In this document: positions 27,370 to 40,079 of the stretch, piece by piece
Numbering within the stretch: position 1 is the first letter of the stretch
Layout: the number at the start of each line of letters is the position of its first letter
NCBI GenBank assembly: GCA_028534125.1
Contig: CM052817.1
Location: 105,526,001-105,590,000, forward strand
Length of the DNA: 64,000 bases
Source: Lama glama
Lineage: Eukaryota
Direction of reading: 5' to 3'
Made by a program: the position numbers and the translations under genes
Notes under the pieces: model-generated
What the model saw: only the letters and a program-made list of their open reading frames with translations
What the model was told of the DNA's origin: nothing
Databases searched by the model: none

Positions 27370-28331
27370 TTTTTGTTTACTGATGTTTTGAAGTATAGTT
27401 GATTTACAATGTTGTGCTATTTTCAGGTGTATAGCACAATGATTCAGTTGTATATATATAAAAAATATACACACACACACAGACACACACATATACGCAC
27501 ACATATTCATTTGCAGATTCTTTTCCATTAGGTTATTACAAAATATTGAATATAGTTCCTTGTGCTGTATGGTAGGTTCTTGCTGTTTATCTATTTTATA
27601 TATAGTGATGTGTATCTGTTGATCCCAAACTTCTAACTTATCCCTGCCCCTCTTTCCCTTTTGGTAACTATAAGCTTGTTTTCTGTGTCTGTGAGTCACT
27701 TTCTGTTTTGTAAATAAGTTCATTTGCTTCATTTTTCAAATTGCACATACAAGTGATATCATATGGCATTTGCCTTTCTTTGTCTGTCTCACTTAGCATG
27801 ATAATGTGTAAGTTCATCCATGTTGGTACAAATGACATTGTTTGATTCTTTTTTATGGCTGAGTAGCATTCCATTATATGTATATATATGTGTGTGTATA
27901 TATATATGTATATACACACACATATATATATATACATACACACACACAAACATACACAAACACACACCAGTATTTTCTATCCAATTGTCTGTGGATGGAT
28001 ATTTAGTTTGCTTCCATTTCTTGGCTATTGTCAAGAGTGCTGCTCCGAAAATTGGAGTATGTGTATCTTTTGAATTAGAGTTGTTTACCTTTTCCAGATA
28101 TATGCCTGAGAGTGGGACTGCTGGATCATACAGTACCTCTATTTTTAAGTACTCAAAGGAGCCTCCATACTGTTCTCCATAGTTGCTACACCAATATATT
28201 TTCCCACCAACAGTGTAGGAGGGTTCCTTTTATCCAAACCCTTTTCAGCATTTATTATTTGTAGATTATTTTGATCATAGCCATTCTGACTGTATGAGAT
28301 AATACTTCATCATAGTTTTGATTTGCATTTC
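27370..28331 (-). mobile_element. 5'-truncated L1 (3' end) with internal (TA)/(CA) runs
   Basis: L1 3' UTR and ORF2 C-terminus (TIAKKWKQTKYPSTDNWI; MECYSAIKKN). Confidence 0.92.
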
Positions 28332-28799
28332 AAAATGTCTTTAACCAGAGCAAGAAAGTAGATCTAGAGACATCAATGGTATGATAGGAGAAATCACTCA
28401 GTAAAAGGTGATTGTTTTAACCAACAGCAAGGGTAACCTGTGGAAAAGTGTTTATTTGTTACCTTTGGAGTTAATCAGCCCATGATTGGTTAGCTAGTCT
28501 GATAATTATTGATTTATTATTGATTTTATTATCTCATTTTAGGATGTCATAAGAAATAAAGTGCAGAAGGTAGACAATCCTGAGTTCTTTCTAAAGTGAT
28601 ATCCTGGGATTGGCTCTTCTTTTGGGGGGATGACTACATGGCTACTCATGGATAATGGTCATTAATAGGTTCCTATGCCCATGGAAGCCTAATAAAAGTC
28701 GCCACGAACAAGCTCCATGACATTACTGTGTAAGTGTATTATTCCTCTGGCCCTTCCCCTGAGCTTCAGGAAGACTGAAGCTTTCATTTGATTCAAATG

Positions 28800-29030
28800 A
28801 TTTTTTTTATTTAATTTTTTTATTGAGCTATAGTCAGTCACAATGCATCAATTTCTGGTGTACAGCACAATGTCCCAGTCATGCTAATACATGCATATGT
28901 TTATTTTCATATTCTTTTTCATTAATAGTTATTATAAGATATTGAATATAGTTCCCTGTGCTCTACAGAAGAAACTTTTTTTAATCTTTTTTTTTTTATA
29001 TAGTGGCTAATTTGCAAATCTCAAACTCCC
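28800..29030 (-). mobile_element. L1 3' UTR fragment
   Basis: tttttattgagctatagtcag..; TSD-like caa(a/g)tgattttt. Confidence 0.8.
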
Positions 29031-30056
29031 AAGTGATTTTTAAATTTTAATGTGGATTTACTTGCATCTTGAGTGTCATAAATTAATTCCAGTGCTATAG
29101 AGTAGCCTATATTTCATTTTGTAAATCAAGGGAAATCATTAATAGTTTTAAATAGGATACTGTCATAGCTAATTTTTCAAGATTCCACTAGTACCACCAA
29201 TTTCAGGATCTATTTGTGCCTTCTTGGAAACATATTTAAATATATACTAAGGAAATGTGTTTCATAATATACTATGATATAAATAACCCACAATATCTTA
29301 TAAATAGTATACAATGGTGATTAAGTATAGTAACATATTTATATGTAGGTAATTAATGTGTAATGTCAATCTAATCACAAACCATTACAACTATTTCATA
29401 AACCAACATCAAAACATAAGTAAAATCATTTTGAATTGTTTTATAGCAGTTGATTTCATACACAGTGTGTTCAAACATAATTTGAATAATGTGTTTGAAT
29501 GAATCACTTAAGAATTCTTTTAAGTCAAATCAATTGTCCCTTAAGTATGTGAAATTATGATGAAATATTTTAACTTATATTTTGAATAAGTAAGACAATA
29601 TGGAGAATTTTCTTAGAACATTAGCATTTGTGAGAATGAATAGTCATTATAAAAATACACTGATATTGTTTGTCAAAGACATATCTTGTTTTTCCTAAAA
29701 CTTGTGTTGATTTTATAGTATATGATAAAACTGTAATTTCCTGGGCTTTTCTCAATTCTTATAAACAGATATTAAAATATTTCTGTTTTCTTTGAGGGTA
29801 GAAATAGCTTCTGTTTTACTTGTGGAAATTTGCAAAAATGTTTTAATATATATTTAATATTCTTTCTAAGTGACATTTATGACAACACTTAAGAAAACAC
29901 AAAATATAAATTCCAGTGAATTTTAAGTATCTTGGAATGTTTGTCATCCATATGAACAAAGATTAAAATAACTGGTAACAAATACTATCTCAGTAAAATA
30001 TGTATTAATTTTTTTTCTTCCTTGATGTTTTGATGCATCAAAATAGTCATATGAGA

Positions 30057-31780
30057 ATATTGCAAATATTTTCTCTCATTTCATAGGATGTCTTTTCATT
30101 TTGTGGAAAGTTTCCTTTGCTGTGAAAGAGTTTTTAAGTTCTATTAGGTCTCAGTTGTTTATTTTTGCTTTTGTTTTCATTTCTCTAGGAGATGGATCCA
30201 AAAAAATATTACTGTGATTTAGGTCAAAGAATGTTCTCCCTATGTTTTCGTCTAGGAGTTTTATAGTATCCAGTCTTACATTTAGGTCTTTAATCCATTC
30301 AGAGTTTATTTCTGTATATGGTGTTAGAGAATGTTCTCATTTCATTCTTTCACATGTAGCTGTCCAGTTTTCCCAGCACCACTTATTGAACAGACAATCT
30401 TTTCTCCATTGTATATTCTTGCCTCCTTTGTCATAGATTAATTGACCATAAATGCATAGGTTTATTTTTGGACATTCTGTCCTATTCTGTTGAGCTGTGT
30501 CTGTTTTTGTGCCAGCAACATGCTCTTCTCATTACCGTAGCTTTGTAGTATAGTCTGAAATCAGGGCACATGATTCATCCAGCTCTGTTCTTCTTTCTCA
30601 AGATTGTTTTGGCTGTTTGGGTTCTTTTGTGTTTCCAAACAAATTTTAAAATTATTTTTCCTAGGTCTGTAAAATATGCCATTTGTATTTTGGTAGGGGT
30701 TGCATTGAATCTGTAGATTGCCTTGGGTAGTATGTTCATTTTAACAATATCAATTCTTCCAATCTCAGAACACGGTGTATCTTTTCATCTGTTTGTGTTG
30801 TCCTCAGTCTCTTTCATCAGTCTTACAGTTTTTGGAGTACAGGGCTTTTGCCTCTTTGGTCAGGTTTATTTCTAGGTATTGTATTCTTTTTGATACAATG
30901 GAGACATACAGATGGCCAAAAGGCACATGAAAAGATACTCAACATAACCAATTACTAGAGAAATGAAAATCAAAACAAAATGAGCTATCAATTCACATCA
31001 GTCAGAATAGCCATCATCAAAAAAATCTACAAACAATAAATGCTGAAGAAGGGTGTGAAGAAAAAGAAACCCTCTTACACTGTTGGTAGGAAAGTAAATT
31101 GGTGCAGCCATTACGAAGAACAGCATGGAGGTTCCTTAAAAAACTGAAAATAGAGTTATCATATGATCAACAATCCCACCCCTGGGCATATATCCAGAAA
31201 AGATGAAAACCTTAATTCAAAAAGAGACATGCACCCCAATGTTCATAGCAGCACTATTTGTAATAGCTGAAACATGGAAGCAATCTGAATGTTCACTGAC
31301 AGATAAATGGATAAAGAAGATGTAGTGTATATGTATATACAATAGAGCATTACTCAGCCATAAAAAGGAATGAAATAATGGCATTTTCAGCAACATGGAT
31401 GGACCTAGAGATTATCAGTCATACTAAGTGTAGTAAGTCAGACAAAGACAAATATCACATGATATCACTTGTCTGTGGAATCTAAAACAAAGTGATATAA
31501 TGAATCTATTTACAAAACAGGAAGAGACTCACAGACATAGAAAACAAACTTATGGTTATCAAAGGGGAAGGTGAGGGAAGGATAAATTAGAAGTATGGGA
31601 TTAACAGATACACATTTCTATGTATAGAAGAGGTGAACAACAAGGACCTACTGTATAGCATAGGGAATTGTATTTAATATTTTATAATCTATAATGGATA
31701 AGAATCTTAAATATATTATATATATATATATATAAACGTATCACTATGCTATACACTTGAAACTAACACAACATTGTAAT
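30057..31780 (+). mobile_element. 5'-inverted (twin-primed) L1: antisense ORF2 30057-30900, sense ORF2 end + 3' UTR 30901-31780
   Basis: Orientation switches at ..tttgatacaatg|gagacatacagatggcc; the two segments are near-contiguous in L1 coordinates. Confidence 0.88.
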
Positions 31781-32989
31781 ACTCTGAACTTGGGACAGAG
31801 TCTCTTGACTAAAGGATGCTTTCTGTGGTTTTAAAATGCAATTGCTTTTAAATTACATTCTAAAGAGGCAAACCAAATGAACACAAGCTTAATTTAGTCT
31901 CATTTCCAGATAGAAAGAATATGCCTCCATAAGGTTTATTTGTTTAGAATTTTAGCATTACTTTTGAGGAAACAACGAAGTAGAACTTAAAAAAGAAACA
32001 AGAAGCTCCAAATTACATTATTGTTAATAGAATTTATAATTGAATATGTAACTGAAACATACATTTTAAGTAGAAATCTTTCTGTCTTAATCATTTCATA
32101 ATTAGTAGCATGTTATATGCATTATAAAAACACAGGCTTATAAATGTACAAATTAGCATAGATTTACATAATTGTATTCCATAGAAATTCAATATTTTAT
32201 GAGCCACAAAAGAAATGGCCAAAACGATATTCGTTTTGTATATCTTAAATGTGAGTTTATGAATGTGTTTCTTGTAGATTTTCTATTAAATAATGTAAAC
32301 GTATTCCTGAAAATATACTGCAACTCATACAGCAGATTCCAAGTTACCACAACACAAGCTGTTACTTGGGAAACAGAGCGCACTTCTGGAAAACACAAGG
32401 GGTGAAGGTTAGGGGAGGAAGAAAGCAAACTGCTTTTGTCTTGTTCTTGAGCCGAAAAGACTTATTTCTTGTGATCGGCACTAAATAGTGCATATTAAAT
32501 GTCCAACAAATGTTTAATATTAAAAGTGAAAATATTTCTATAAGCTAATTACAAGGAGTATCTTCCTTTTTATATATACATCATGGGGATGATTTTTAAA
32601 TAAAAACCTAAAAACATTTAAAAGTTTCAATTTTACATATTTACATTTCATAATTTTATTTGTCAAAGTAATAAAAGAATTTATAATTTCTTTATTCTAA
32701 AAATAAAGCAACAAAAGTTTCAGAGAGTAAACAATGTGTTGATACTGGTCAGCTAGTTAAGGACAGGCACAGAACTTAAAATCAGGTTTCCTGTTCATTT
32801 TGCTGTTCCTCATACTTTTTCATGTTTCTTTATAGCTTTTCGTTGCTTTGAACTGTTAAAACAGATTACTCTTGCTCTTCTTCACTTTCTCTTACTCCTC
32901 TCTCTCCTCCAAACTTTGATCACTGCTGTGAATTTTAATTTTTAGACCTTCTTATTGTCTTTAACTACTGGTTGCAAACTGGCCTCTAG

Positions 32990-34580
32990 AATGTCATGGA
33001 AGATGGTTAAATTGGAAGCTCCAGGAAATGGTCCCTTCACTGAAACAACAATTGAGCAAATACATCTACAGTAATAGTCAGGGGTTCAACTATTAGGCTA
33101 TGGATTCCCCCCAAATAATTGGAGTGCCCAGGAGAGTGCCTGAGGAATAAAGAGACTGGTAAAATTTGAGGAATTTTGGCATTTCACATAACAGCTACCA
33201 TCCCTATTCTCCAGCTCCCATGGCAGCGATCTGTGAGGGGAGTAGCACACATTCCTGCTGTGGCTTCTGATGCCTGGGTGGACGATGCGGACCTTATCCT
33301 CTAGAGATCAGGGTTGCATTGTTGATGTGCCTATTGGTTTGGTGGGCAACTGCTGCAGAGGTTGGCTCAGCTGGCTTCCCAAGTAGCATTTACAGAAATA
33401 ATTTAAAGAAAAAAACCTCTTTTTAAAAGGAAAATTAATATTTGTCCCAGGCATTTAAGGAAATCACTGTAAGGTCATTAGATGACTGTAGAGATAACAG
33501 AACAAAGATTTCAGTGATAACACATGACAAAAAATACTGTTTTTGCAAAAAATAAAAATAAAAAAAAAGCTTACAAAAGTCACTAAGCAAATGGACAACT
33601 TGCAGCCCTCAGCAAGTAACATCATCAGTCGCTGATGAGGGAGGATAACTTGATTTCCAGAGTTAACACATAACAATATTAAAAATGTCCAATTCTTAAC
33701 AAAATTTATAAAACATCCTAAACAAAATATGAAAACATGACCCCTTCATAAGAAGAAAAATAAAGTCAGAAAACTTCTCTGAGGAAGTCCAGATATTAGA
33801 TTCATTAGATGAAGACTTTAAATTAACTGTCTTAAATATGCTCGAAGTGCTGAAGGAAACCGTGGATTAACAAAATAATGAAAATCAGGAGACTGATGTA
33901 AGAATAACTAGATAATATCAGAGATATAATTTATAGGTAATAATAAGAGATAAATTATTTAAAAAAAAAGAAACACACAAAACTTTTAGGTGAAAAGTAA
34001 AATAGCTGAAAGAAAAAATGTGCACAACTTGATGTTGAATCATGAAAGGGGTTCAACAGCAGATTTTAGCAAGCAGGAAAAAAACCCAGAAAATTTGAAG
34101 ATAGGGCAATTGAAATCACTCAGTCTTTGGAGAAAACAAGCAAAAAAGAATAGAGAAAAAGTAACAGCCTAAGGCACCAAGAGACATAGCAAAACAGGAA
34201 TTCTGGGGATCACAGAAAGAAAAGAGAAAGAGAATGAGAACAGAAAACGTATTTTACAATATAATGTCTGAAAACTTCCCAAATTTGATGAAACATATGA
34301 ATCTACATATCCAAGAAGCTGAATGGACTCAAAGCTGAATTTACTCCAAAGACATCTACACCAAGACACATTATAGTCAAACTATTGAAAGACAAAGAGG
34401 GAATCTTAAAAAAACAAAAAGCAAAAAAGGAACTTGCTCCTCATAATTATGCAGAGGATTCTCATAAGAAAGTATAGAGGCAGCAGGATGAAACATCTAA
34501 GTGCTCAAGAAAAGAAACCTTGTAAAAAAGGAATTCTGAAAGAGACAAAATTATCATTCCAGAAATGAAGAAGAATAAAT
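32990..34580 (+). mobile_element. Ancient L1M 5' UTR + decayed ORF1
   Basis: gaagatgg..ggaagctccagg 5' end; A-rich ORF1 remnants (aaaacttcccaaatttgatgaaa..atccaagaagct..acaccaagacacattatagtcaaact). Confidence 0.8.
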
Positions 34581-34582
34581 AA

Positions 34583-35092
34583 GCTCACTTGTGTCTTTTT
34601 TAGAGTCCACATATAAAGTGATAGTAATGGTATTTTTCTTTCTCATTCTGGTTTACTTCCCTTAGTATGAAAATGTCCAAGTCCATCCATGTTGCTGCAA
34701 ATGCATTATTTTATTATTTTTCATAGCTGAGTAATATTCTGTTGTATAACTATATCACAACTTCTTTATCCAGTTATCTGCCGATGGACATTTAGGCTGT
34801 TTCCATGCCTTGGCTATTGTAGATTGCTGCTATGAACATTGGGGTGCATGTATTTTTTGAATTAGAGTTTCCTCTGGATATATACTGAGGAGTGGGGTTG
34901 CTGGATCATATAGTAAGTCTATTTTCAGTTTTTAAAGGAATATCCATACTGTTGTCCATAATGGCTGAACAAAACTATATTCCCATTGACAGTTTAGGAG
35001 GGTTCCTTTTTTCTACACATCCTCTCCAGCTTTTATGAGGTGTCACCTCACATCAGTCAGAATGCCCATCATTAAAATGTCCACAAACAAAA
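34583..35092 (-). mobile_element. L1 fragment with short 5' inversion (35035-35092), lacking distal 3' UTR and poly-A
   Basis: Antisense ORF2 end and proximal 3' UTR, then a sense piece atgaggtgtcacctcacatcagtcagaatgcccatcatt. Confidence 0.82.
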
Positions 35093-35189
35093 GTTGGCAT
35101 TCATTTTGACAGCTCAAATATGAAATACGAATGAAAAATTTTAATTTGTCACCAAATTTGTTTCACTCATTCTAAGGATTTATCCTAAA

Positions 35190-35370
35190 ATTATATTTAA
35201 GTACTTACTGTGTGCTACATTGTTTTCCATGCTTTATTAGGTTTCATTGATTTAATCTTCCAAAATCATGAGTTAGAATTATTACTCCATTTTAAATTTA
35301 GAAACACCAGAATAGGGAACAATTGTGTAACTTTCTTAAGGACATAAGACTAAGTGGCGGATCTGAGTGT
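35190..35370 (-). mobile_element. MIR SINE
   Basis: tacttactgtgtgc..tttaatctt..attattactccatttta..taacttt..aaggacata..ctaagtggcgga. Confidence 0.65.
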
Positions 35371-37059
35371 TTCCTAATTCGATTTTATATTTCTCTTATT
35401 TACTGTGATTTTTTTTGTTTTGGGGGATTTTACATTTGTAAAGCAAAAAACCAAGTGATGGTATCCTGAAGTGCTCATTGGCAACACCAGTATTGACACA
35501 TGCTTCGTGGAATCATTTCTTTTTAATGAAGATTATTTTCAAATCACACAAGACAGACTTTTTTTACTTGACTCATAATGACCCAGGGCTGGATTTAGCT
35601 GCTTCATTAATTGATTTCCATAGTTACTTTCTCATATAATGAAACTTTGCTTTGACTCTGTAATTCAGCTTGATTTCTGGACAGCATCCACAAACTATTA
35701 CTGTTTTTAGTGCTACACTTCACTGCACTGAGTGATTTAATATGTTTTTCTTTAATGCCAGAGGAACTTACAAACACGATGTACTAGAAAACATGGAATT
35801 CTTTTGAATCTTGCTATTTTCAATCTTTCAGTGCCTTTTATTTTTCAAGTCTTCGCACTACCACTGTTAGTATGTTACCTAAAATTTTTGCTTAATCTCT
35901 TGTAAATGTCTTGTTTGACAAGATACTTGAATTCTCAGTCATTTTCTTCCAGGGAAAACTCAGAAATTCAGAGATATGTTTGGAAATATACACTTCATTA
36001 TAGTTCCTTCTGTATATGTTTTCCTTATTTAATAGAAAGAAAAATAAAACATTCGAAATAAAAACAAACTAATCTCTAAGAAAGGTGGCATAAATCACAT
36101 CACTTAGGATATGAAATGTCTATACGAAACCCTTATCCTCCCAAATGAAGACGGTGGAGAGAGAAAGACGAAAACAAAACAAAGTCAGAAAAGTGAAAGA
36201 TTTAAAGTAGACCTTCATTAAGCAGATTAAATAATGAGTCTTCCTGTAAAAGTTAGCAAACAAAAGCTGAAAAGAAGATGGAAGTGTTGAAGGAATGAGA
36301 AAATGTCTTGGAAGGGGCAAAGAACAGCTTATAATTGGGACACAACACACACAGTATGGGTGAGTGGTTCAGACTGATCTAATTAAATACATTCAGAGCT
36401 TGGAATATGATATGAAAAATATATAGCATTGCATCTAACACCATGTTCACATCAGTTTAATTTGAATCTCAAAGCTCTAGGTACCTAAACTGAAATCTGG
36501 ATTACATTCATTTTTAACATGATATTTCCTTCTTACATAAAAACATACTGATGTAAGGTTTTTAGGTTAAAATTTCATCTTTTTATTATCCTTGCTATAA
36601 TAGTGGATTTAACTTTATCTCACATTATTACATTTTGTTTCAAAACTAATTGGATGAATACAATTAGGAACAAAAGTGTAAATAGTTGAGCCTTGGTATA
36701 TAATATTTTTTCATGTTTTCTTGAATTTTAAGTTCTCTGAGGACAGGACTGCCTCTGTCTGTTTCAAAAATGTAATTAACACATACATACTCTCCAGCAC
36801 ATCGAATGCATGCATTAAATATTGTCTATGAAGGAAGGCACAGATCACAACGGTTTATTATTTTTATTTTCTCGGTGAGCTATTGTTTACCCCAAAGCTT
36901 TCTAATTCACTTAGGTAATTTGCTATGTATTTAATGAATATTTAATACTTACACTCTGTGCGAGGCACAGCACTTTTTCAATAATCCCCCTTTCTTTTGC
37001 GTTTAATTATCTCAGCGCTTACATTCTCCTGTGTGCTCACCCGTCTCCCCAGCGCTAGG

Positions 37060-37312
37060 ACTGGCGTAGCACGATGCTAAAGGAGCCCTCGCTCCTGGAG
37101 ACGGCGGCGCAGAGCTACATTCCAGTTCAGCTCAGCCGCTTCGCCGTCGGGTGTCCTTGGGAAAGTTACACACCTGTTCCCTCTCCCCGTGTTTCTCACT
37201 CTGAAATGGAATCATCATTCTACCTCATATGACTTTGGAGGGTCAAATTAATAAAACCTAATAAAGCATGGGAAATACTGTAGCACCTAGTAAGCACTTA
37301 AATGTATGTTAG
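37060..37312 (+). mobile_element. MIR SINE, CpG-enriched 5' half
   Basis: gtgtccttgggaaagttac..tttctcactctgaaatgg..tacctcata..tagcacctagtaagcactta follows the MIR consensus order. Confidence 0.7.
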
Positions 37313-38250
37313 AAATAATTGTGAAAATTGTGTTTTACTGAAACCTTAATTTCTATATTATTCAGTGTTTTTGCATACTGCCTTTAATTTTCTTTTCTTT
37401 AAGTTTTATGCTGTAAGTGTTCAATTTTATATCATCTTTGCTCCACTGCTCATAACTCTACAACCCTGAATAATTAATTTAACCTCCCTAAGATCTCGTA
37501 CGCAACCTGCAACCTCAGGATAATAACAATACTTGCTTCAATATTAATTGGGGTTTTCAAGACTAAGATAAAGAATTTAGTACAATGTCTAGCACATACT
37601 TAGTGTTCAAAAAATTTAGTTATTAAAATTATTATTGTTTTAAACATTCATTGTTTGCTGCAAATGGATCAAAGGGTAGTAATACCCTTCCCATACTACA
37701 ACTCATCTTTTATTTAATTTTGCTTCACTTTGTCATGTAGCAAAATTCTCTCCCATAGCAACATACAGTTAATCTCCAAACATTGTTTGGTCTCTAACCA
37801 GCCCACATCAATGTGTTTCTTTCTTTCAGAATTCGTTCTGGATATTACCTTACATTTATCTAAATTAAATCTCAGCCCGGATTGGTATTTTCCCATTTCT
37901 TACTTTTCTTCACTCCGAAATTTTCTCCCCCTCCACTGGGTTTGCAGCCCACTTGGAAAATATATCCGTAACTCTGATAAATGCGCACTCTCCTTTCTGT
38001 TGATCAGTTGTAATGATAGACCCCCTTCTCTGGATTCGACTTGACTCATATGATTATAACATCCTTTCTCTATATTTTCAATGATTTATTTCTGTAATTT
38101 GTGTTACCAGTAGTAGCAGTTAATAATGAAAACAAAACTTGAAAGAATGTGGACCTTAGAAACCGTCCAGATTGGTTTGCTATTATTTGTCGCGTTTCTC
38201 TGAGCCCAAATGTCTAAAAAATGGGGCCGAGGACTGTTGCAAATATTCTG

Positions 38251-38856
38251 TTTTTCTTTTTTTCAACACTCACTGTTTTATTCATCAGAATTTCCAGAAC
38301 CAAGTTCTCTACAGGGCAAGCAGAAAAATACAGAATCTTACTATTTTGAAAGGGCAGCTATGGCAAACACGCACGTGCGCAGGAAGGGGCCCCGGACGGG
38401 GGTGGGGGGCGCGCAGGGCAGAGAGCGGGCTGGGGGTGTGACTGTGCCCCCACTAGCAGGCCCGGCTCTGGAAGGGGAAGCAGTCACTGGCGATCTCCCA
38501 CACCGTGTTGCCCCGTGAGGCCTGGGCGGTCAGGATGACGTTCTGGTTGCAGTCCCGCTGCTTGCTGCCCTCGAACCTCCCCGTCCCCCGGGTCACCACC
38601 AGGACGGTGGTCTGGCTCCGGGTGGCTCCGCCGTGAATGGGCTGGCAGTCCACCACGTGGATCTGGAACTCGCTGGAAGGCAGCATCTCAGAAAACTCAC
38701 GCAAGGACTCCTGTCCTGAAACGGCGTGTCCGTTCGTCACCAGGGTGGCCGGGCGCGGGGACAGGCGGCACAGCAGCCCCCGCCGCCCGTCTCACGGTCA
38801 CAGGGTCCGCCGCGCGGCAGGCCTGGCCTCTGAAGTCCGCAGGCGTCTCTCGGGGC
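38251..38856 (-). pseudogene. NXT1: Processed pseudogene of NTF2-related export protein 1
   Basis: Minus-strand frames give DFRGQACRAA and [86 protein letters not shown], matching NXT1 rather than NXT2 ([15 protein letters not shown]). Start codon mutated to ACG (38846-38844); 5' deletions and a frameshift; stop at 38453. AATAAA at 38282-38277, then an A-rich tail (38263-38251). Possible degenerate TSD ctgtttttctt (38248)/ctgtgcttctt (38857). Confidence 0.92.
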
Positions 38857-39454
38857 CTGTGCTTCTTGATGAGTGAAAAACGAGACAACATATTTGAAAT
38901 GATTCCCTTTAATCTTCCAGGAGGAGTTGATTTCCATGAGGGCAGCTTGTGTGAGCTTGGTCACTGAGACTTATATCCAAGTATACAGGATGTGTATGCA
39001 CATACAGATAATATATTTGTAAGCATTGCTGTATCTACGTGGAAGTGACAACATTTCCGAGTGTATGATGTAAGGAGGCACACATTAAATACTTGGTGGC
39101 TAATAAATAATGAGTTTATTAAAGGAAAGCAATATATTGTAAAGTGGCGGCAACTGATTTCAGCTTAGGGTGTATATTTATCCCTGAGATACCATACTTT
39201 GTTAGTATTTTCTTGCTTTCCTGGGCTCCTCGCCCTCTTTCTTTCTCTTAATTGTCTCCCTTCTTGCCTGTCTCTGTCATTTCTCTGTCTCTCTGACTCT
39301 GTCTGCGTCTACCTGTCTGTCTGTCTTTAGCTCTATCCTATTCTTTTCCTATGAGTTTGCAATGTATGTCAATTCTGTGGACTAAATGACTGAAAACTTC
39401 TCAAACAACTCTATTGGATAGTCTGAAATGAACATTTTGTAATTCTTGTCATGA

Positions 39455-39572
39455 TTTCTATTTTATTGAAGTGTAATTGGCTTATAATATCACATTAGTT
39501 TCAGATGTACAACATAGTGAATTGGTATTTTTATAAATTATGAAATGATCACCATGAAAAGCTTAGTTACTA
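39455..39572 (-). mobile_element. L1 3' end fragment
   Basis: ttttattgaagtgtaattgg..cattagtttcagatgtacaacatagtga..atgatcacca. Confidence 0.7.
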
Positions 39573-40079
39573 TAAAGCTATGATCAAAATTAAGAGTCAG
39601 GCACACATAAATTCCCTAAATTGAGAGTGATTCTTTATTATATTTTGATTTAAAAGTGACATTTAATATTCATAAAATGATATTTTACCTGAAGAAAAGG
39701 GAATTTACACTTATAGATCCATTCAGGAAGAAAATATTGCTATCTTAATCTTTACATTTTTACAATTAAAATATATTTAAGTGCTCAATGTTTAAATTAG
39801 TTAATATGTCAAATAAAAGTTAAAGAATTAATGTATAGTTATGGATATTCTTGGAAAACCTGAAGAGTACCTTAGAGACACCCAACCCAGGAAAAGCGAT
39901 TTCCTTGTGTACTACTTTCTATGTGTGTGTTTGTGTGATGTATGCACAATCTCATATATAAATATGTTATATTTCTCAAATTCAGTTATGAATAATTGCA
40001 AGATTGTTTTTAGCAAATAGAACGTCACACGATAAGGTTGGAATTACTTGGAGTGGTAATGTTTGATAAAATAAGTTTG

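Noticed and set aside
27668..28182. ORFs rich in C/V/Y/I/H/T
   Set aside because: Translations of (TA)/(CA) microsatellites inside an L1.
38453..38740. 95-aa NXT1-like ORF as a functional retrogene
   Set aside because: Original start lost, upstream frameshift and stops, non-ATG start, and many radical substitutions at conserved residues.
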